In this document: piece by piece, positions 54,827 to 64,000 of the stretch | Numbering within the stretch: the stretch's first letter is position 1 | Layout: every line of letters starts with the position of its first letter | Source: the human T2T-CHM13v2.0 reference genome, Homo sapiens | Strand: one strand, 5' to 3' | Assembly: GCF_009914755.1 (NCBI RefSeq) | Contig: NC_060926.1 | DNA: 64,000 nucleotides | The notes under the pieces: model-generated | Database searches by the model: none | The model's input: only the letters and a program-made list of their open reading frames with translations | Told to the model about the DNA's origin: nothing | Made by a program: the position numbers and the translations under genes

Positions 54827-57512
54827 CTGGATACAACACAGGAGGGGCACACGTCAGAGGTCCTGCTCCACAGGTCACACTCGACAAAGGCCAAGAGGGA
54901 GCTCTGATGGTCAGCCAGGTGGAAATCAAGACCTGGATCAACTCTGAGGCGCAGGTGCCCAGACATAGCTGCTGGAAACACAGAGAGGGTCAAATCCCGG
55001 AATTTTCCAGGGCCTCCTCTGGGGCTCAGTAATTGCTCCTTTGGCTCCAGGATCCCTCCCTACCCTCAGACACCACTATGATGATACGATGATACGATGA
55101 TGATCCGGAGCCTCAGACAGACCCAGGGCCAAGGGCGTGACTACTGCCTGCAGCTCCTACTCCTTCCAGGCCACCTGCTGCTTCTCTTGCTTTGCATAAA
55201 TAAAAATCCACATGTATCTCCATTTTTCTCAGTACATGAGAATCTGGTCAGGCAATCAAAACCTAATATTCTATGTGCTTGGTTCTTATTATTTTCAAAG
55301 GACACAAAATACAGACAATATTTTTCTAAATGTTTGACAACAGAAATTTCTTTTATTTGTATAGCATATTACTGTCTACGAGGCACATTTACTTCTGCTG
55401 GTGCATTTCAGCTTCATAAAATACCCAAAAGGTAATGAATCAGAAAGGAAAAAAATGATTTAAAAAAACCCTGCTGATTGTAACCATTTCATATTCTGAG
55501 GGAGACAGAGAATTAATCTCGGGGGGAATTGTTCTTTTATTTAGAAAGCAAGATCAATCCATTTTACTTACGAAAGAGCAGCTCCTCACTGTCTGGATGA
55601 GAGAATGTGTCAGAGTGAAAATGATCACAGTGAAGGCTCAGGGATGGTGGCATTGCTTTAAGTGTGCCTCAGGGGCTGCAGAGAGAGGTTATGGAAACCT
55701 GAGAGTGGGAGGAGACTGGGGAAATTGAGAATCGGCTAGGATTTGGAGCAAGAAGTGACAGGCAAGTAACTACCAGGCAAATGAATGAACTCAGACATCT
55801 TCAGAAAGAAGAAAGCCTGGAGGGTGTGCAGGGTTCCCTCGGGTGCATGGCACTGCAGTGGCATGGGAGAGGTTTTCTATGCCACTTGGATAATGAAGGA
55901 AAGAGTGGTCCCAGAGATCTGGGGGACAGGGGGACAATACTGCACAACAGACATAACAGAACCAACAAATCAGCACAAAATCAATTCAAGCCGCTGACAA
56001 GAGGGCTGCTGGTGGGATTGATGAAATAAGCAAGGGCCAAAACAGTTGAGTAAGAGGTTTTCAGGGGTGAGAGAAGGGTTTGGAAGATTTTTTTCATTTT
56101 ACTTAATATAAAAAATAATGAAAATGAACCAACAAAGCACAGCAATTCGCTGAAGTGAAAAATCCAGATAGGATCAAGGAGCAGACGCAAAATGAGTTCA
56201 TTAGAGGGGAGGGGGAAAAAAAGGGGCTTGCAGTCAGGTTTAGAAGAAACGCCAGAAGAGGGCAGGCGTGGTGGCTCATGCCTGTAATCCCAGTACTTTG
56301 GGAGGCTGAGGCAGGAGGATTGCTTGAGTCCAGGAGTTCGAGACCAGCCTGGGCAACAAGCGAGACCCTGTATCTACAAAAAATTTTAAAAACTAGCTGG
56401 GCATGGTGGTATATGTCTGTAGTTCCGGCTACTCGGGACACTGAGGTGGGAGGACCGCCTGAGCCCAAGAGGTAGAGCCTGCAGTGAGCCGGGATCATAC
56501 CACTGCACTCTAGTCTGGGCAACAGAGTGAGGCCCTGTCTCAAAAAAATAAAAAGAAAGAAAGAAGTGCCAGACTAAAAGCAAGATGCACTAAAATATGA
56601 ACTAGATCTGTTCCCAACCTACCAAAGATATAAAAACCATGTCACCAGGAAACCAACAACAATAACACAAAGAAAACTATTTAAAAAGAATTGTAAGTCC
56701 AGGCCAAGAAGTATTTGGAGGATATTATATGAAAAAAGACAGAAATCACCCTGGTTGCCTCAGACACTGCTCTAGAGTGATGGTTGGGCAAGGGTCCAAG
56801 GTCTCACGTCCTTGGCAGGAACAGCTGGGTGGTCTCTGCCAGCAAAATGGAGGCTGGACCAGCCAGACACCCATTATATAACCCCTTCAAATATAGCAGC
56901 CAATGATCCATGATTATTTTACGCAGAAACATTCTAGGCAGCATCTAGAATTTAGAAGAAATTTGATGACTAAGGAACAAAACTTGATTCTGAAATGAGT
57001 GAGAAAATATTCTGCTAATTATAAGTGAGTAACTCAATGTTAGGTTAGTGTTCAAGCAAACTGTTCACTGACTCACTCTTTCATTCATCCTCTCATTTCT
57101 TCGTTTACTTTACTTGTTCAACAATTACCAAGTACTTTTTATGGGCAAGAACATGGTGCTAGGTGCTAACATGAAACACCAAAAATACAGTTTGATTTCT
57201 GAGAAAGCGGAGAACGACAAATGTACAGATACAACACAGAAGTATCCTAGCAGAAGCTACAGAAAGTGAAGATTGAGAACAGCAGTTCTTGAGTCAGGCC
57301 TTGATTCAAATTCCAGCCCTGTCATTCAACAGCTGAGTGATCTTAACCTCTCTCCACCTCAAGACCTTCATTTGCAGAAGAGGATCCAAATGGCCGGCTG
57401 CTGGTGCGGATTCAATGAGATTACATCCTTAAGATACCCATCACATAGCCCATTGCATATTTAGTCTTCAAAAATGTCAACTATGATGATAATGATGTTG
57501 ATGCTGTGGCTA

Positions 57513-57585
57513 CTGCCTAAGATACAAAGGTTGCTATTGAAAGCTATTGAAAGCTGCCTAAGACACAAAGGTTGCTATTGAAAGC
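57513..57585 (+). repeat. 31-bp duplication with an internal 10-bp duplication
   Basis: CTGCCTAAGA(T/C)ACAAAGGTTGCTATTGAAAG twice, separated by CTATTGAAAG. Confidence 0.9.
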
Positions 57586-58079
57586 AGAGGTGGAAAAGGT
57601 CACTTCCTAAGCTTCATGACCCCAAGCCCAAATAAACGGCCAGGGACAAATTCCCTCAACACAGTTTGCCAGTTCTTGCTCATTGTCGCTCAGCAACATA
57701 TGTGAGAGAAAGCAACAGCAGGCATCGTACACGTTCATTTTAGCAAAGTGCTCCATTCAACTCCCAGAAGCCAGCCAGTCTAGCTCCAATATCACACTGG
57801 CAGTGGCAGAGGTTAGGAAAGAGAGGGAGATAATAATAGCTCAGTATCAACCTAGGCCTGTGTCAGAGGAAATTATAGTGGCATAGATACAAGACTCCTG
57901 AAAACAAATTAGCCCTTGCCCATCAAAACACTCTGAGATGGTTAAAATCAATATGCCTGACCGAGCGCGGTGGTTCACGCCTGTAATCCCAGCACTTTGG
58001 GAGGCCGAGGCAGGTGGATCACTTGAGGTCAGGAGTTTGAGACCAGGCTGACCAACATGGTGAAACCCCATCTCTACTA

Positions 58080-58301
<222 letters not shown>

Positions 58302-58749
58302 CTACACAAAATCTCATTCCTATTCACTTTCCACAAACCCCATTCCACACTGTCTGTTCAGCTCCGCTCTGCAGAATCTTTGTTATTCTAGACCATTGTC
58401 TTCTGGGAAGAACCACGAGTTGTTCATTGGTATTCTGCAAAATTGGTTTCCCTACTTTGGGGAAATAAATTTGGATTCTCTAAATTTGGAAAGCATTAAT
58501 ACCATATTCCCCATAATTCCATGAGCCACATTATCATACTAAAAGCTCTGAGAAGGCCCATCTGGTGGTGCATGCCTGCAATCCCAGCACTTTGGAGGAT
58601 GAGGGGGGAGGATTTCTGGAGCCCAGGAGTTCAAGACCAGCCCGGGCAACATAGGTAGATCCCGTTTCTATTTTTAAAATTTAAAAAGACATCGCTAAGT
58701 CACCAGAATAATAATGACAACACCCACCTACTCCTAGACTTCTTGAAAA

Positions 58750-60352
<1,603 letters not shown>

Positions 60353-62189
60353 TTGCACTTCTCAGAGCAGCTTTCTCTACTCATCCCAGTTCCCTGTAAA
60401 TGCTGTCACTACAGCCTTTGAGCTGTACTTCTCTCTTGTACTCCACACAATGATATTTAAATATTGCTATTGTCTGTTTTATTCACTATTGCAGCCTTGG
60501 CATCTGCCACTCTACTTGATACATATTTGGGGTTAAGGAGTTGCATGAATGAACGTATGACCATTTATGGAGCTGCCGCCTGGGTGAAGCGTGACAGTGG
60601 GAAATCCCCACCTCAGCCTGATGCATCAGCCAGGGTCCCAGACCTGAAAGAGGATCCTGCTGAACAAGCCTTGAGATGTGTCTGCAAGGAGCGTATAAGA
60701 AGTGTCAGAGGGCTGTGGGTGCACAGGGCAGAAGGCACACATCAGAGAGGCAAGGCATCCCAGAGGAGACTGCGCTTGAACTTGGGTGGGTGGAGGACTT
60801 GGGTAGGTGAAGATAGAAACCAGGTAGAAAAAGAAGGAATGTGTGTTAGTATTTGTCACCACTGAGAGCGGCCACTTCAATCCACCCCAAGTGAGGTCTT
60901 TGTAGTTTTGTGTGCTAAGGGGATGGGGGTCCACTTATACCTTGTTCATGGCCAGGGATGTATCTGAATAGCGGAAATGCCTGCAGAAAGGCTACGTGGT
61001 TTCTTCGTAAACAACCATGCCAGTAGAAGGCAGGGGTAAGAGTAAGACTTACTCTTCACTGGACACTCTCTTTTGTCCTTTTATAATTCTGCACCAAGAA
61101 CATGCATTACCTTTAAAAAATCAGTACAATTTAATTTTCAGTAACACCCACAGCACTCACTCAAGGTCACCCTGAGGACCTCATTTTGTGAATATACAGT
61201 GTGCATGATGCTGACCAATGCCATCTAGACCAAAAAAAAAAAAAAAAAAAAAAAGACATAGGAGTAATTAAAACAGCAATAACAGCAACACAGAACTAAG
61301 AAGGAGCACATGGTATCTCCAGAAACCGAATGAGTGTTGAGCCCTTAATGAGGTCCTCTTTTCCAGAGGGACACACCAAGTCACAGGGGAAGGCTCCAGC
61401 AAAGCACGAAGTTCAGCCCATCTCACTTGACACAATATCTAATGCCCGCTACTGAGGACAACAACAATAAAGACAAAGGGTTTTAGTGAGTCAGGAAATT
61501 GATAACAAAGCCACCAGCACAACCGCATTTCCCACCAGTAATTCAGAAGGAGTTAGTACTTCCTTCCAAACCCCATGGGGTGCCCGCCTCACTGGTGGAG
61601 TGAGCCTCCACAGCCATACATGCGCCACATCCAAGCCAAGCAGGCTCCCAATGACATGCTGCATGAGGACCAGGCCCTTGTCTGTGACACAAAATGGGAT
61701 TAACAAACCAAACAGAGAAGGAGAATTTCTACTGCAATAGCATCCATCATCAAATTCAATCCATTCTCCAGGCATTAAACAAAGAAAAGAAAAAACCCAA
61801 GTAAGTTAATCACATGTTAGATGCTACCAAATTCACACCATAAGAGTCTCTGGAAAGACGATGAAGTGGGGCCTGGCTCCGTGTGCCCCACATGGATTAA
61901 CACACATGCACACGCAGGTGCCGAGGCAGGGGGGACACCTGCCTCTGATCCAGACCACGTGCTGGTGAGCAGAGCCGGTGGCCTGGCCTCGCTGCCCAAC
62001 TGGATCAGTTTGGAGTTAGTCACACCTCTCAACAGGGTTACCTGCCCTTCTCTCAGGTCCAAAGAGAAGATAAAATGAAAGAGTCGAGCCACCTGATAAA
62101 GGGGAAAAGGAGAAAAAAGCCATGGGCACCAAGGCAATAAAATGGAGTTGAAGGGAGCCATGTCCTCACCTCTTTCCTCCCATCACTCC

Positions 62190-62760
62190 CTCGCTCGCTC
62201 ACCCATTTATTCACTCACTTGCAACAGATGCTGCTGGAGTGTTCACGAAGCTCTGCGTGAAGCACCGCAGAGGAACAAAGACGAGGATGGTACGGTCCCT
62301 GCTCCCATGGAGCTCACAGTCTAGTTGGGGCATCAAGACACAAAAGTGCATGCCAGGCCACAAGTGACAAAGATGACCAACATCATGCCAGAGTACAGGG
62401 CAGGGGATGGCACCGTCACCGTGGCTGAGCACGTGCAGAGGCCTCATCCTCTCACACAAGGGGTCGAACCCGAGTGAGGAGTGAGGTGAGGGCTGCATCC
62501 TCTGAAGCGGGCGGGGGAAGGCACGTGCTGGCGGGGAAGTGCTTTGGGCCAGGGCGTGAGAGTGGACGAAAACCCAAGGTGCACCTGGGAAACGGTGAGT
62601 GAACCCACCTGGGGAGAAGAGGCTTTGGTGCCAGTGAGTAAAAGGAGACCAGCCTGGGAGAACTGGGCTTCAGCTGCCTAAACTTGGTTTTTGACAATAA
62701 ACTGAGCACTCCACTGAAGGTTTTTGAGAGGTGAGCAGTGTGAAGGAGGCAGGATGTTGA
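62190..62760 (-). mobile_element. Degenerate L2 relic
   Basis: ATTCACTCAC start and CCCTGCTCCCATGGAGCTCACAGTCTAG motif. Confidence 0.55.
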
Positions 62761-64000
62761 ATGATGAGAACATCCTAGATATGCCACGTGGCACATACCA
62801 AGAACTTGCACCCAGTATCTGTTCTCCCCATTTCTCTCACTTTGCAGCAGGCACGTGGTTATCTGGAATACAGACGGTATTTTCTAGTCTCCTTTCTGGG
62901 AAGTGCCCTTAAGGAGAGACAGCAGGCAAGAACAAGCATTAACTGGTGAGGGAGGTGGGCTTGGTGCTTCTGGTTCAGAGCAGGCTGGATGGGAGGTGAG
63001 GAGTGGAAGCCTGGGAGGTTAGACAGGCCTGTGCTGACCAATGACAGTGCTCAGGTGAGTTGGGTCTCTGTAGCCAGACCAAGCCCGGCCATCTGAGCCA
63101 GGCCCTTGCCCGGTGATGGGGAGTCAGGGCCACCAGGAGGGACCCTCCACATACAGCAGCTGCCCCTGGCCTTGCCTGTGGAAGTCTCAGCTGGAAGCTT
63201 TGCCTCATCTATACTTCCTCCTTCAGAGGCAAAGGCCCTGCTGGAAAGGGACAATGAGAAGGCAGGAAGGACTAAGGGTGGGAAGGGGGACCCACAGGAC
63301 AAATCTGCCCAGCCGCTGGTGCAAAGTGAGCTCTAATTATACTGGTGTGCAAACATGCCCACGCTATCGCACGTGATCGAGCTTTACAGAAACTGTGACT
63401 TACGGTGACAGGTACTTGTGATCCTCATTCTTTCACCCTGCATTAAGTGTTTCCCAGCCTCACCACAAGGCCAAGAGAGAGCTGATCGATCATCAGAAGA
63501 GCAGTACCCTGGGGTGTGAGAGACTCTAAAATCCTCAGTGAGGGACAGTCCAGGTACTCAGCCACCAGGGCCTGGTAGTGTAATCCAAGCACAAAACAGC
63601 CAGGAAGTGTCAGTTTAGGGTGTATGTGTTGGGGTGGGGAGTGCTTGGAGTGATGCAAGGACACTGGAGGAACTAGAGACCCTGGTGCCGATCACAGCTC
63701 AACAACTAACAGCTGCATGACCTTGGGCAAGTCACTCAAACCCCTGCTTGGTTTCCTCCCTGAAGTGAGGGTTCCAGCTGCTCCAGCAGCCCACGTTTGA
63801 CCTTCCTCCTGTCTTGGCAGGTGGCAGGTGCTCATGTGTCATAAGCTACACCTCAGGGTGGAAGAGGAAGAAGAAGCACCCCTATGAAAAGTCAGGCCCA
63901 GAACAGTGGGGAACCCTGAGCCCAGGGGAGCGTGGCTTGCGCAGGAAGACACAGCACATGCGAGGTGGGCCAGGACAAGGCAGGCAAGTCAGCCTCCTGT

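Noticed and set aside
57513-57585. 31-bp repeat ending in ATTGAAAG, reminiscent of CRISPR repeat termini
   Set aside because: Only two copies, the 10-bp 'spacer' is itself a copy of the repeat end, there are no cas genes, and the context is a human intron. It is a simple slippage duplication.

Overview
Human genomic DNA recognisable as the IMMT-MRPL35-REEP1 locus (chr2p11.2). Minus strand: the first three coding exons of IMMT (MIC60/mitofilin), whose ~14 kb intron 1 contains the MIR4779 hairpin. Plus strand: the complete four-exon MRPL35 CDS (188 aa), head-to-head with IMMT (starts ~4 kb apart, each with a CpG-rich promoter). Minus strand: the 3' part of REEP1 (exon 6, a 36-nt Cys-rich microexon, a 152-nt exon and a last exon read in two frames), ending tail-to-tail ~200 bp from MRPL35. 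The rest is dense in Alus (about 50 copies or fragments), L1/L2/MIR relics, MaLR/ERVL LTRs and Tigger/Tc2-type DNA transposons. Almost all supplied ORFs are Alu- or chance-derived. I see no convincing new multi-gene system. The best second-look items are REEP1's splice-controlled frame switch, a template-switch-like origin of the MIR4779 hairpin, a tiny L1-tail insertion with a possible 3' transduction, an 84-bp tandem duplication between the promoters and an intronic (ACC)17 repeat. Exon boundaries were read by hand from GT/AG sites and frame. Repeat boundaries and subfamilies are approximate and from memory of consensus sequences.
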